A stretch of 64,000 nt of DNA from Candidatus Eremiobacteria bacterium (GTDB taxonomy: Bacteria > Vulcanimicrobiota > Vulcanimicrobiia > Vulcanimicrobiales > Vulcanimicrobiaceae), in NCBI GenBank assembly GCA_963758295.1, contig CAVWUU010000001.1, positions 480,001-544,000 of the forward strand, in the 5' to 3' direction. The translations under genes and the position numbers were made by a program. Position 1 is the first letter of the stretch. Each line of letters opens with the position of its first letter. A model generated the notes under the pieces. That model made no database searches. It was not told where the DNA came from and saw only the letters and a program-made list of their open reading frames with translations. This document shows, one piece after another, positions 40,069-51,750 of the stretch.

Positions 40069-41648
40069 TGGCGCGAAGTCCACTCTTGAACGCGTTGCAG
40101 CGCCGTTCGCGCGCGGAGTTTCTTCGCGCGGGCGGCGCCGTGGTAGCCGGTGCCGTCTTCGGCCCGGTGTTGGACCTGGGAATCTCCGCGGCGCGCGGGC
40201 GCGAACGCGTTGCGGTGATCGGCGCCGGCATAGCGGGTCTTTCTTGCGCGCTCACATTACGCGACGCGGGCATTGAAGCGACGATTTACGAGTCGTCCAA
40301 CCGAGTCGGTGGGCGCATGCACTCGGAAATGTCGTACTGGGAGAACGGCCAGCATACCGAGTGGTGCGGCGCCATGATCGATTCCGACCATCGCACGATG
40401 CGCGCGCTCGCGAAGCGTTTCAATCTGCCGCTTGACGATGCTTTGGCGCCGCTTCAGGCGCACGCGCGCGACACCGCGTTCGTGCACGGCGGCTACTATG
40501 CCATGACGCAGGCCGACCGCGATTTCGCCCCGGTCTTCCGGACGTTGCAGACGCAGCTTTCACAAATTGGTGAAACGACGACCTACGATTCGGCAACGTC
40601 CGAGGCGCGGCGTCTCGATGCCATAAGCATGGCGCAGTGGATCGACCGTTACGTTCCAGGCGGGCGCAAATCGAAATTCGGCACCCTGATAGACGACGCG
40701 CTGATGAACGAATACGGGGTCGATTCAAACGAGCAAAGCGCGCTGAATCTCGTGTACATGCTCGGGGTGCAGCATCGCTTCGACCGCCACGGCGGCGAAC
40801 TCAACGTTCTCGGCTACTCCGACCAGCGTTTCAACATTCGCGGCGGGAATCAGCGTTTGCCGCTCGCTATCGCATCATCGCTTCCGAAGGGAAGCATCGC
40901 GGTGAATCACCGGTTAGCATCGATCGGCAAGCGCGCGAACGGGGCATATTCCTTGCGGTTTACGACCCCTAACCGAAGCGTTACCGAGACCTACGATCGC
41001 GTCGTCCTCGCTATTCCATTTATCACGCTTCGGGGCGTCGACTATGGCAGCGCGGGCTTTGATTCGCGCAAAACGACGGCGATCGAGCAGCTGGGTTACG
41101 GCATTCACACGAAACTTCATATGCAGTTCGACAGCAAGCCTTGGTACGGCAAAGGTCCGTGGGAGCATCCCGCTACCGGCCAAATTTGGACGGATATCGG
41201 CTTTCAGAACTCGATCGACTTCTCGCTCGGTCAAAGCGGACCAAACGGCATCATCGAGCGCTTCACAGCGGGTACCGGAAGCCTTATGGACGCGCCGCCG
41301 ATTGCGTACGCGCGCATCGATCAATCCGACGCGGTCAAACGGCACGTCGAGCAATTCTTTGAAGAGCTGGAACGAATTTGGCCCGGCGTGAAAAGGCACT
41401 GGAACGGAAAGGCTACGTTCGGCAACGCGCAGGTCGACCCAAATATTCAAGCCTCGTACTCATGCTGGCTTGTCGGACAGTACACCAAGTTTGCCGGCTA
41501 CGAACGAGTCCGGCAAGGCCGCATCCATTTTGCGGGGGAGCACTGCTCGACTGAAAATCAAGGCTTTATGGAAGGCGCGGCCGAGACCGGCGTTGCCGCT
41601 GCGAAAGAAATTCTTGCAGACTACAACCTTCGGGCCAAAGCCGGATGA
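40068..41648 (+). CDS. Flavin-dependent amine oxidase (MAO/polyamine oxidase family) with Tat-like leader
   Basis: VAVIGAGIAGL, YESSNRVGGR, RGGNQRL, HFAGEH..GFMEGAAETG; start overlaps the receptor stop (TAATG). Confidence 0.9.
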   Translation: MARSPLLNALQRRSRAEFLRAGGAVVAGAVFGPVLDLGISAARGRERVAVIGAGIAGLSCALTLRDAGIEATIYESSNRVGGRMHSEMSYWENGQHTEWCGAMIDSDHRTMRALAKRFNLPLDDALAPLQAHARDTAFVHGGYYAMTQADRDFAPVFRTLQTQLSQIGETTTYDSATSEARRLDAISMAQWIDRYVPGGRKSKFGTLIDDALMNEYGVDSNEQSALNLVYMLGVQHRFDRHGGELNVLGYSDQRFNIRGGNQRLPLAIASSLPKGSIAVNHRLASIGKRANGAYSLRFTTPNRSVTETYDRVVLAIPFITLRGVDYGSAGFDSRKTTAIEQLGYGIHTKLHMQFDSKPWYGKGPWEHPATGQIWTDIGFQNSIDFSLGQSGPNGIIERFTAGTGSLMDAPPIAYARIDQSDAVKRHVEQFFEELERIWPGVKRHWNGKATFGNAQVDPNIQASYSCWLVGQYTKFAGYERVRQGRIHFAGEHCSTENQGFMEGAAETGVAAAKEILADYNLRAKAG

Positions 41649-41651
41649 CGC

Positions 41652-43151
41652 TTAAAGCGTGGGCATGACGAAGTGGCGATCGGCGGCCGCGGTGGAAGAC
41701 CACCGGGCCGTCGTCGTTTTCAACCGCGTGTAGAACCGTACGCCTTCCGGTCCATGAATGTGATAGTCGCCGAAAAGCGAGTTTTTCCATCCGCCGAAAC
41801 TATGGAACGCCATCGGGACCGGAATGGGCACGTTGATTCCGACCATTCCGGCCGTAACGTTGCGTTCGAAATACCGCGCCGCGCTTCCGTCGCGCGTAAA
41901 AATAGACGCTCCGTTGCCGAATTCGTGCCCGGCAATTAGCCGGAGCGCCTCGTCGAGCGTGTCTACGCGGACTACACAAAGAACGGGCCCGAAGATTTCC
42001 TCGCGGTAAACGCGCATATCCGGCGTTACGTTATCCAGCAACGTCGCTCCGAGGAAGAAGCCTTCGGGTGGGACGGCGGCATCGCGGCCGTCGACGACGA
42101 CGGTTGCGCCCTCGGTCGCCGCAAGATCGATGTACGAAGCGACGCGCTCGCGATGTTCTTGAGTAACCAGCGGCCCCATATCGACGCCGCTTCGGTCACT
42201 CGCGCCGAGGCGCAGTTTGCCGATGCGATTGCGTAACCGTTTCACCAAATGTTCGGCGACGGTGTCGCCCACCGCCACGGCAACGGAAATGGCCATGCAA
42301 CGTTCGCCGGCAGAGCCAAACGCCGCACCGACAAGAGCTTCAACCGTGTCGCCCGGATCGGCATCGGCCATCACTACAAGGTGGTTTTTCGCCCCGCCGA
42401 GAGCCTGCACGCGCTTGCCGTGCGCGCTTGCCGTTTCGAAAACGTGGCGCGCTACGGGCGTCGAGCCCACAAAGCTTACGGCGGAGATCGCCCCATGCCC
42501 GATCAACGCGTCAACCGTCTGCGAGTCGCCGTTGACGACGTTGAAAGCCCCCGGCGGTAAGCCGGCTGCCTCCAGCAAAGCCGCCATCTCCAATGCGAGC
42601 GACGGGTCTTTTTCGCTGGGCTTCAAGACAAACGTATTCCCACACGCCAATGCGACCGGAAACATCCACATCGGAACCATCGCCGGAAAGTTGAACGGCG
42701 TGATGCCGGCGCAAACGCCTATCGGGACGCGGTAGGAATAAGCATCGATGTCACGGCCAACCTCGTTGCTGAATTCGCCTTTAAGCAATTGCGGGATGCC
42801 GCAGGCGAACTCGACGACGTCTAAGCCGCGCGCGATTTCGGCCTTAGCGTCCTCGAACGTCTTTCCGTGCTCGGAGCTCACGATGCGCGCGAGCCGGTCG
42901 AGATTCGCTAGCATTCGTTCCCGAAACTCGTAAAGGACGACGGCGCGGCGATGCGGCGGCGTTTGCGACCAGGCCGAAAATGCACGCGCCGCTGCCGAAA
43001 CCGCAGCGTCCACTTCAGAGGCATCCGCCAGCGCGACGCGGCTCTGCACGTTGCCGGTCGACGGATTCCAAACCGGCGCGAGGCGTTCTCCCGCGGAACG
43101 GTGCGTTCCACCGATATGGTGGCCGAGAATTTGCGGGAGCGTTTGCATCAA
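41652..43151 (-). CDS. mmsA: CoA-acylating (methyl)malonate-semialdehyde dehydrogenase
   Basis: GITPFNFPAMVPMWM, KPSEKDP, RVQALGGAKNH, GSAGERCMA, FGGWKNSLFGD. Confidence 0.93.
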   Translation of the reverse strand: MMQTLPQILGHHIGGTHRSAGERLAPVWNPSTGNVQSRVALADASEVDAAVSAAARAFSAWSQTPPHRRAVVLYEFRERMLANLDRLARIVSSEHGKTFEDAKAEIARGLDVVEFACGIPQLLKGEFSNEVGRDIDAYSYRVPIGVCAGITPFNFPAMVPMWMFPVALACGNTFVLKPSEKDPSLALEMAALLEAAGLPPGAFNVVNGDSQTVDALIGHGAISAVSFVGSTPVARHVFETASAHGKRVQALGGAKNHLVVMADADPGDTVEALVGAAFGSAGERCMAISVAVAVGDTVAEHLVKRLRNRIGKLRLGASDRSGVDMGPLVTQEHRERVASYIDLAATEGATVVVDGRDAAVPPEGFFLGATLLDNVTPDMRVYREEIFGPVLCVVRVDTLDEALRLIAGHEFGNGASIFTRDGSAARYFERNVTAGMVGINVPIPVPMAFHSFGGWKNSLFGDYHIHGPEGVRFYTRLKTTTARWSSTAAADRHFVMPTL

Positions 43152-44455
43152 GCCTCCAGTGCTTCGGCGAGCGCGTCGATACCGTCGCGAAGTTCCTCGC
43201 GTTCGATCGTGAGGGGCGGCGTTATCAGCATGACGTTGTAGCGGCCGAACGCGTAAACACCGCGCTCACGCATAGCCGCCAAGATCTTGGGAAGGGGGCC
43301 GGCGTCGCGGCCTTGCCAGGGCACTACCGGCTCTTTCGTCTGTCGATCTTTCACTAGCTCGATGGCAAAGAATGCGCCGATGCCCCGAACGTCACCGACC
43401 ATCGAGACGCGTTGCTGCACGAGAGAGAGGTCTTCGCTCAACCATTGTTCGATCGTTTGCGCGCGATTGAAGAGCGTCAGCCGCTCGTACTCGTCGAGCG
43501 CCGCATTAGCTGCGGCCATCGCGAGCGGATGACCGGAGAATGTGTGTCCACACGGTAACGCCACCGTATCGAATGTCTGCGCCAGCGATTCGCGAACGAT
43601 AACGCCTCCCAACGGAACGTACGCCGACGTGACGGCTTTCGCAAACGTGATCATGTCGGGCATGACTCCGAACCTCTGCGCGGCAAAAGGTGCGCCCGTC
43701 CGTCCGAATCCGCTCATAACTTCGTCGAAAATCAGCGCGATGGAGTGGCGCGTACATAGCTCGCGGAGCCCTTCGAGGTAACCCGCGGGATAAACGATAG
43801 CGCCGTTTGTTCCAACGACGGGTTCGATGAGGATCGCTGCGACGCGCGCCGGATCTTCATAGGTCAAAACCAGCTCGAGGTGTTCGAGGGCCCGCTGCGT
43901 TTCAATGGCCGGATCGTCGGTGTAAAACGGACTGCGATACGGATAAGGCGCGAAGAATCGCGCAACACCCGGAATGCCGGGCTCGTTCGGCCAGCGGCGG
44001 CTTTCACCGGTAAGCGTTCCCGCGCCCGGCGCCGATCCGTGAAACGAGCGATATGCCGTAAGAATTTTCGGGCGTCCCGTAATCGTGCGCGCGATTTTCA
44101 CGGCGTCTTCATTGGCCTCGCCGCCGCCGGTGGTGAAGAACGTCCGAGCGCCTTCGTCCCAGGGCGAGAGCGCAGAAAGCCGTTCGGCGAGCAGCGACCG
44201 GCCATCGTTCGGGAATTGCGGCGTCGCATAGCAAAGGCGCCGTGCTTGCTCCGCAATAGCATCGGCAACGCGAGCGTTTCCGTGTCCAAGATTCACCGCC
44301 ACGAGCCCGGCGGAAAGATCGAGATAGCGTTTTCCGGCAGTGTCGTACAGATAGACGCCTTCACCGCGTTCTATCGCCGGCACATTATGGGAGCCCTGAA
44401 CGGCCCACGGCGTCAAAACGAACCGCGTCGAACGTTGCGTTGCTGTAGAACTCAT
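43148..44455 (-). CDS. Class III aminotransferase (omega-amino acid/beta-alanine or taurine type)
   Basis: GEGVYLYD..RYLD, GGEANEDAVK, SFHG, DEVMSGFGRTG, FAKAVTSAYVPLG, GHTFSGHP. Confidence 0.9.
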   Translation of the reverse strand: MSSTATQRSTRFVLTPWAVQGSHNVPAIERGEGVYLYDTAGKRYLDLSAGLVAVNLGHGNARVADAIAEQARRLCYATPQFPNDGRSLLAERLSALSPWDEGARTFFTTGGGEANEDAVKIARTITGRPKILTAYRSFHGSAPGAGTLTGESRRWPNEPGIPGVARFFAPYPYRSPFYTDDPAIETQRALEHLELVLTYEDPARVAAILIEPVVGTNGAIVYPAGYLEGLRELCTRHSIALIFDEVMSGFGRTGAPFAAQRFGVMPDMITFAKAVTSAYVPLGGVIVRESLAQTFDTVALPCGHTFSGHPLAMAAANAALDEYERLTLFNRAQTIEQWLSEDLSLVQQRVSMVGDVRGIGAFFAIELVKDRQTKEPVVPWQGRDAGPLPKILAAMRERGVYAFGRYNVMLITPPLTIEREELRDGIDALAEALEA

Positions 44456-45840
44456 GAACTCTCCACCGCCGGTGCGGTTACTGCGTCTGCCCGCGGAAGT
44501 TGTACCCGCCGCCGCGACAATCCATAGAGCGCCAATCCGGCCACCAAATATCCGACGAAAATATACGGAAAATAGTTCGTCGGGGGCGGTGGAACGGGAT
44601 AGAACAGCGTGAACGCCGTTCCGAGCAGACAACAGCACGCGACAACCGAAACCGTCACGTCGAGCGGGCGCAACTCCCGGATGCGTCGCAGATACTTCGG
44701 CGCGGCGACGGCGATGAAGAGGTAGATCGCGATAAAGCTAAGCGAGCTGAGGGTTCCGCAGAAGTTGAAGATATCGATCGGCGCTACGCCCTTCGCGTAC
44801 ATCGCAACGCCGATAACAAACATGATTACGACGACCACGGCGAGCGCGACCTGCGGCGTTTGGTAACGCCGGTTGATCGCGCCGAGCGATCGCGGCAGCA
44901 AGCCGCTCTCGGCCATCGGGAGCATAACCCGCGCCGCGGTGTTCACGCATGCCAGCGCCACCGAAAACGAGCTGAGAATCGCCCCAATCGTAATCGGAAT
45001 TTTTAAGTAAGGAACGCCGCTCAAATCCGCAAGCGTCTGCAGCGGATGCGAAAGCTGGTCCAGCGGCGCCTTCGAATTGCGCAGGCCCAGAATTTCGGCA
45101 TACATCGCGAGCACGAAAAAGGCGCTGGCAATGACGACGCTCCAGATTACGGCGCGCGGAATGTTACGCAGCGGCGAACGCGCTTCGTCGCCAAAAGCCG
45201 TAGCGCTTTCGAACCCGACGAAGCTGAAGATGGCGGTCGCAATGCCGAGCCCGATACTCGCTTTGCCGACGCCTTGCAAATGAAGCTGCGCGGGATCGAG
45301 GTGTGGGCCGTGATGGAGCAGCACGACGGCGACCAGCACGCAAATGATGGCGACGGAGATCGTTTCCAGCGCAAGCATGACGATGGTCGAAAGCGCGATA
45401 TCGCGCGCCGCAAGCAGCCAGCAGACGGCCGCGAGCAGCAGCATCGCCACGAGCGCCGGCACGTGAACGCCAAGCGCATCGCCTAGAATCCCGATAAAGA
45501 GCGGCTGCGCTCCGAATTGCGCCGCGCCGACGAAGACGTATGCCCAAAGCATGCTCCACCCGGCGAGCGTGCCGATTTCCGGACCGAGCTCTTTCGCAGC
45601 GTACAAGAACATCGACCCTGACGCCGTCGTGCGGCGCGCGAAATGATTCAGGCAAACCGCGATCAGGAGCATCATGAACGCCGCGAAAATGTACGCGAGC
45701 CACGACCCGTTGCCCGCCGCCGAATACATGTACGGGGCGATCAGCACGGGGGTCATCGTGAGCCCGATGAGCGCCACTGAGGCGGCAAGCACCTCGATAA
45801 ACGAAAGGGAGCCTGCGCGAAGATGCTGTTGCTCTTGCAT
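44452..45840 (-). CDS. APC family amino acid/polyamine permease
   Basis: About 12 TM segments, GSMFLY, FSFVGFESA..GDEA..P.RNIPRA. Confidence 0.9.
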   Translation of the reverse strand: MQEQQHLRAGSLSFIEVLAASVALIGLTMTPVLIAPYMYSAAGNGSWLAYIFAAFMMLLIAVCLNHFARRTTASGSMFLYAAKELGPEIGTLAGWSMLWAYVFVGAAQFGAQPLFIGILGDALGVHVPALVAMLLLAAVCWLLAARDIALSTIVMLALETISVAIICVLVAVVLLHHGPHLDPAQLHLQGVGKASIGLGIATAIFSFVGFESATAFGDEARSPLRNIPRAVIWSVVIASAFFVLAMYAEILGLRNSKAPLDQLSHPLQTLADLSGVPYLKIPITIGAILSSFSVALACVNTAARVMLPMAESGLLPRSLGAINRRYQTPQVALAVVVVIMFVIGVAMYAKGVAPIDIFNFCGTLSSLSFIAIYLFIAVAAPKYLRRIRELRPLDVTVSVVACCCLLGTAFTLFYPVPPPPTNYFPYIFVGYLVAGLALYGLSRRRVQLPRADAVTAPAVESS

Positions 45841-45875
45841 CTTTTCTAGCGTAACGCATCGTTTACGGCCCTTCC

Positions 45876-45923
45876 ATGGAGCCTCCAACGAAAAAAGCGC
45901 GAAACATTGGTATTCCTCACCAA
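45876..45923. promoter_or_regulatory. Paired 17-bp boxes in the permease/ALDH divergent region
   Basis: ATGGA-N7-ACGAA (45876) and a perfect TTGGT-N7-ACCAA (45907), 31 bp apart. Confidence 0.55.
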
Positions 45924-45958
45924 AGGCACGGCCGCTCGGGCGGTTCAAGTCTGCGCTC

Positions 45959-47392
45959 ATGCTCCTGGAAGGGCGCCACTTCCCTGCTTTGATCGCCGGC
46001 CGAAGCGCGGACGGCTTCGCGTCGGAAGCCATCCGCAGTCCCTACGACGACTCCTTAGCGGGCACGGTCGCGGTTGCGGGCGACCCAGAAATGGAAACCG
46101 CGATTGCCGCCGCGCATGGTTCGGCGCGAGAATTCGGCCGCATACCGCGCTACCGGCGCGCGGAGATCCTGCGCGGCATTGCCGCCCAACTTGCAGATCG
46201 CGTAGACGAACTTGGCGCGCTGATGGTGGCGGAGTCCGGAAAGCCTCAGCGTTTTGCGCGCATCGAAGTAGCCCGTGCCGTAACGACGTTCTCACTGGCG
46301 GCCGATGAGATGACGCGCTCGGGCGGAGAAGTGCTTCCGCTTGACTTGAGCGCTGCAACCGTCGGGTACTCCGCAATTTCAACATTCCGGCCGATCGGCG
46401 TCATCGGCGCGATCGCGCCGTTCAACTTTCCGTTGAATCTGGTTGCGCATAAGTTGGCTCCGGCAATTGCGGTCGGCAATCCGGTGGTCTTGAAAGCGCC
46501 GCCTCAGGCCCCGCTCTGCGCGCACGTACTTGGCGAAATCGCCGTGGAAGCCGGCGTACCGCCGGAAGCGCTGTCGGTCCTACATACGCCGGTCGCGGTC
46601 GCACAGCGTCTTGCGACTGACGAGCGAATCGCTATGCTTTCGTTTACCGGGTCCAGCGGCGTCGGCTGGCATCTAAAATCGATCGCCGGGCGCAAACGTG
46701 TCGCTCTGGAATTGGGCGGCAACGCGGCGGCGATAATTTGCAGCGATGCGGACCTGGCGTTTGCGGCGCGGCGTTGCGCGCTCGGCGCATTCGCGCAGGC
46801 GGGGCAAGTGTGCATCAAGGTGCAGCGGATGTTCGTCGTTCAAGACGTGTACGAACGTTTTCGCGAGCTGCTACTGAACGAAATCGAATCCCTCCGATGT
46901 GGCGATCCGCGCGATGCCGGCGTGGTCGTCGGTCCGGTCATCGATGCTGCGAGCGCCGCACGCATCATGGCGTGGATCGGCGAAGCGGTCGACGGCGGTG
47001 CGCGCGTGCTATGTGGTAACCGGCGGGAGGGAAACGTTATCGCGCCCACCCTGCTCGAGGGAACCATCGATAGCATGCGCGTTGAATGCGAAGAAGTCTT
47101 TGGCCCGGTTGCCACGATATCGCCGGTCGCATCGCTCGAGGAAGCAATTTCGCGAACGAATGCATCGCGTTTTGGTTTGCAGGCCGGCGTCTTCACTTAC
47201 GACATGCGAGCCGTAACACGAGCATTCGACGAGCTGGAGGTGGGCGGCGTGATCGCTAACGATTATCCAACGTTGCGCGTCGACAACATGCCGTACGGCG
47301 GCGTGAAAGAGAGCGGCTTCGGCCGCGAAGGGGTTCGCTACGCGATGGAAGAGATGAGCGAACGGAAGGTCTTGGTCCTCAACTACCGCTAA
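45959..47392 (+). CDS. Aldehyde dehydrogenase family protein
   Basis: [50 protein letters not shown]. Confidence 0.92.
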   Translation: MLLEGRHFPALIAGRSADGFASEAIRSPYDDSLAGTVAVAGDPEMETAIAAAHGSAREFGRIPRYRRAEILRGIAAQLADRVDELGALMVAESGKPQRFARIEVARAVTTFSLAADEMTRSGGEVLPLDLSAATVGYSAISTFRPIGVIGAIAPFNFPLNLVAHKLAPAIAVGNPVVLKAPPQAPLCAHVLGEIAVEAGVPPEALSVLHTPVAVAQRLATDERIAMLSFTGSSGVGWHLKSIAGRKRVALELGGNAAAIICSDADLAFAARRCALGAFAQAGQVCIKVQRMFVVQDVYERFRELLLNEIESLRCGDPRDAGVVVGPVIDAASAARIMAWIGEAVDGGARVLCGNRREGNVIAPTLLEGTIDSMRVECEEVFGPVATISPVASLEEAISRTNASRFGLQAGVFTYDMRAVTRAFDELEVGGVIANDYPTLRVDNMPYGGVKESGFGREGVRYAMEEMSERKVLVLNYR

Positions 47393-47404
47393 ACGAAGCC
47401 GCCG

Positions 47405-49282
47405 ATGCATATTATCGGGACGGCCGGACACGTGGACCACGGCAAGTCGGCCTTAGTGCAGGCACTTACGGGAGTCAATCCCGATCGCTGGGCGGAAGAG
47501 CGCGAGCGCGGGATGACGCTCGATCTGGGGTTCGCGCGACTGGCGTTCGAGGACCGGACCGAAGCGGGGATAGTGGACGTTCCGGGCCACGAACGGTTTT
47601 TGCACAACATGCTGGCGGGCGCCGCCGGCATGGAACTGTTGCTGCTAGTCGTTGCTGCGACCGAAGGTGTGATGCCGCAAACACGCGAGCATCTGGCCAT
47701 CCTGCGCTTTCTCAACGTGCGGCGTACCATCGTCGTCGTTACTAAAGCGGACCTGCTCGAGCCGGCGGCGTTGCAGAATTCCATTGACGCAATCGAACGC
47801 GAGCTTCGCGGGACGTTGGCGCAAGATGCCCGGGTGATTGCCTTTTCAGCACTTACCGGTGCGGGGCTCTCCGCGTTGCGCGAACAGATTTATGAGGCTG
47901 TGCGCGCGCTTCCGCCGCGTGATGCGAATGCGCCGGTGTACCTGCCGGTCGATCGCGTTTTTGCTCTTCCGGGGCGGGGGACGATCGTCACCGGTACGCT
48001 TATGCAAGGACGTATCGCCGTGGGCGACACGCTTGCCGTTGAACCCGGAGCGCAAACGGCGCGCGTGCGGAGCCTGCACGTCTTTGGAGATGCGCGCAGC
48101 GAAGCGTTCGGTGGAACGCGCGTCGCGCTCAATCTTCCCGGCATCGTACGCTCTTCGATTTCGCGCGGAGCCGTCGTCGCGGACGCCGAGTTTACACCGC
48201 GCTCGGATTTTACCGTGCGATTCTCGCCGCTGTCGGAAGCGCTGCCGCTCCTTCGCAAGCGCATGCCGGTTCGGGCGCATATCGGTTCGGCAGAAGTGGC
48301 GGGAACGCTGCGGTTGCGGGAGGTTCCGTCCAATGAAAATCCGGTAGAAGCAGAATTGGTGTTAAAAGCACCCGTGGTAGCGTTTCCCGGCGTTCGTTTT
48401 GTCCTCAGGCGGATGTCGCCCAAAACGCTGCTCGGCGGCGGCGAAATCGCCGCGATCTCAGCGGCGGAAGCGGCCGGCGACGAACGAAGCGCTCTCGAAC
48501 GCACGATTGCCGAGGTCCTTGCCGGCGCGGAGTTGGATCCAGCGGATGTTGCAGCGGTCGCCTTTCGCGCCAACGTTCGCGAAGACGTTGCGCAGACGAC
48601 GCTCGAAGCGCTGGTTGCGCGCGGCGAAGCCGTTCGGATTGCGCGTCCCGACGCCTATCTGGAAGCGGCGGCGCTGGAACAATTTGCGAAGCACCTATTC
48701 GCCCTGCTGCAAGACCTGCACGAGGAAGAACCGTGGACGACGGGCGCCACGTCGTTGCAACTTAGCCGGACCCTCGCGATCGCGGAGCCCCTCTTGGTTC
48801 GAATTTTGCTCGCGCTCGTTAACGACGGGCGAATCGTGCAGCGGAGCGGGTATTTCGCGATGCCCGATCATGAACCGCGGCTCTCTGCCTCGCAGCGTGC
48901 ATTTTTCGATGAGATCGTTGCGTCGGATTCCGAACACCCCTTCTTGCCGGCAAGCTTTGCCGAAGCGGCCGCTGCCGTTAAAGCGAGTCCCATTCCGGGG
49001 GCAAATAAAGCATTCGACATGCTGCTCGCGCGAGGCGCTCTCGTCCGGGTCGAAGATGCGCTCTATCGGGGTTCTCAGATCTCGAACATTCACGCGAAGC
49101 TCGAATCCTTCATCGACAGCCATGGGCGGATGACCATGGCGGAGTTTCGCGACGTGATCGGCACGTCGCGGAAATACGCGGTACCGCTGCTGGAGTGGTT
49201 CGACAGCCGCGGCTACACCGTGCGCAGCGGCGATTTTAGAATGCTGCGCGCGCGCAAAGGCGAGCGGGCGCGGCCCGTGTAA
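47405..49282 (+). CDS. selB: Selenocysteine-specific elongation factor
   Basis: [31 protein letters not shown]-terminal winged helix [13 protein letters not shown]. Confidence 0.96.
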   Translation: MHIIGTAGHVDHGKSALVQALTGVNPDRWAEERERGMTLDLGFARLAFEDRTEAGIVDVPGHERFLHNMLAGAAGMELLLLVVAATEGVMPQTREHLAILRFLNVRRTIVVVTKADLLEPAALQNSIDAIERELRGTLAQDARVIAFSALTGAGLSALREQIYEAVRALPPRDANAPVYLPVDRVFALPGRGTIVTGTLMQGRIAVGDTLAVEPGAQTARVRSLHVFGDARSEAFGGTRVALNLPGIVRSSISRGAVVADAEFTPRSDFTVRFSPLSEALPLLRKRMPVRAHIGSAEVAGTLRLREVPSNENPVEAELVLKAPVVAFPGVRFVLRRMSPKTLLGGGEIAAISAAEAAGDERSALERTIAEVLAGAELDPADVAAVAFRANVREDVAQTTLEALVARGEAVRIARPDAYLEAAALEQFAKHLFALLQDLHEEEPWTTGATSLQLSRTLAIAEPLLVRILLALVNDGRIVQRSGYFAMPDHEPRLSASQRAFFDEIVASDSEHPFLPASFAEAAAAVKASPIPGANKAFDMLLARGALVRVEDALYRGSQISNIHAKLESFIDSHGRMTMAEFRDVIGTSRKYAVPLLEWFDSRGYTVRSGDFRMLRARKGERARPV

Positions 49283-51365
<2,083 letters not shown>

Positions 51366-51750
51366 CTCGTGTATGATAGCACTATGAGCAATGCGTTCTT
51401 TCGTTAGCGGACGCCCGCTCTTGGCTTAGCTGCAGCGTACTGCCGACGTACTACGTGCAAAACGACGTGCGGGACCGATTGCAATCGGTGATGCACTGAG
51501 CCGCGTATTCGCCACAAGAAAGCGCGGAGCCGGAAGGCGCTGAAGCGATTCCGATCGCCAGACGCCTAGAGCGTCTTACGCATGCCGGCATCCTACCGGG
51601 CGCCCGCCTCGGTGGCCGACAGCGCGACCGGCTTAAGCAGGAGCACACCCCGCCTTAGAGCGGAATACGTCGGTCCGAGTCGTCTAAGGAGCTGAATAAA
51701 GGCACTTCCTGCAACTTTATCGTGGGTATTCGAGTAGTACGGAGTGACAG

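Noticed and set aside
51370..51700. tmRNA, RNase P RNA or a riboswitch upstream of clpB
   Set aside because: No tRNA-like ends, no GAAAGTCC core and no recognisable aptamer motif
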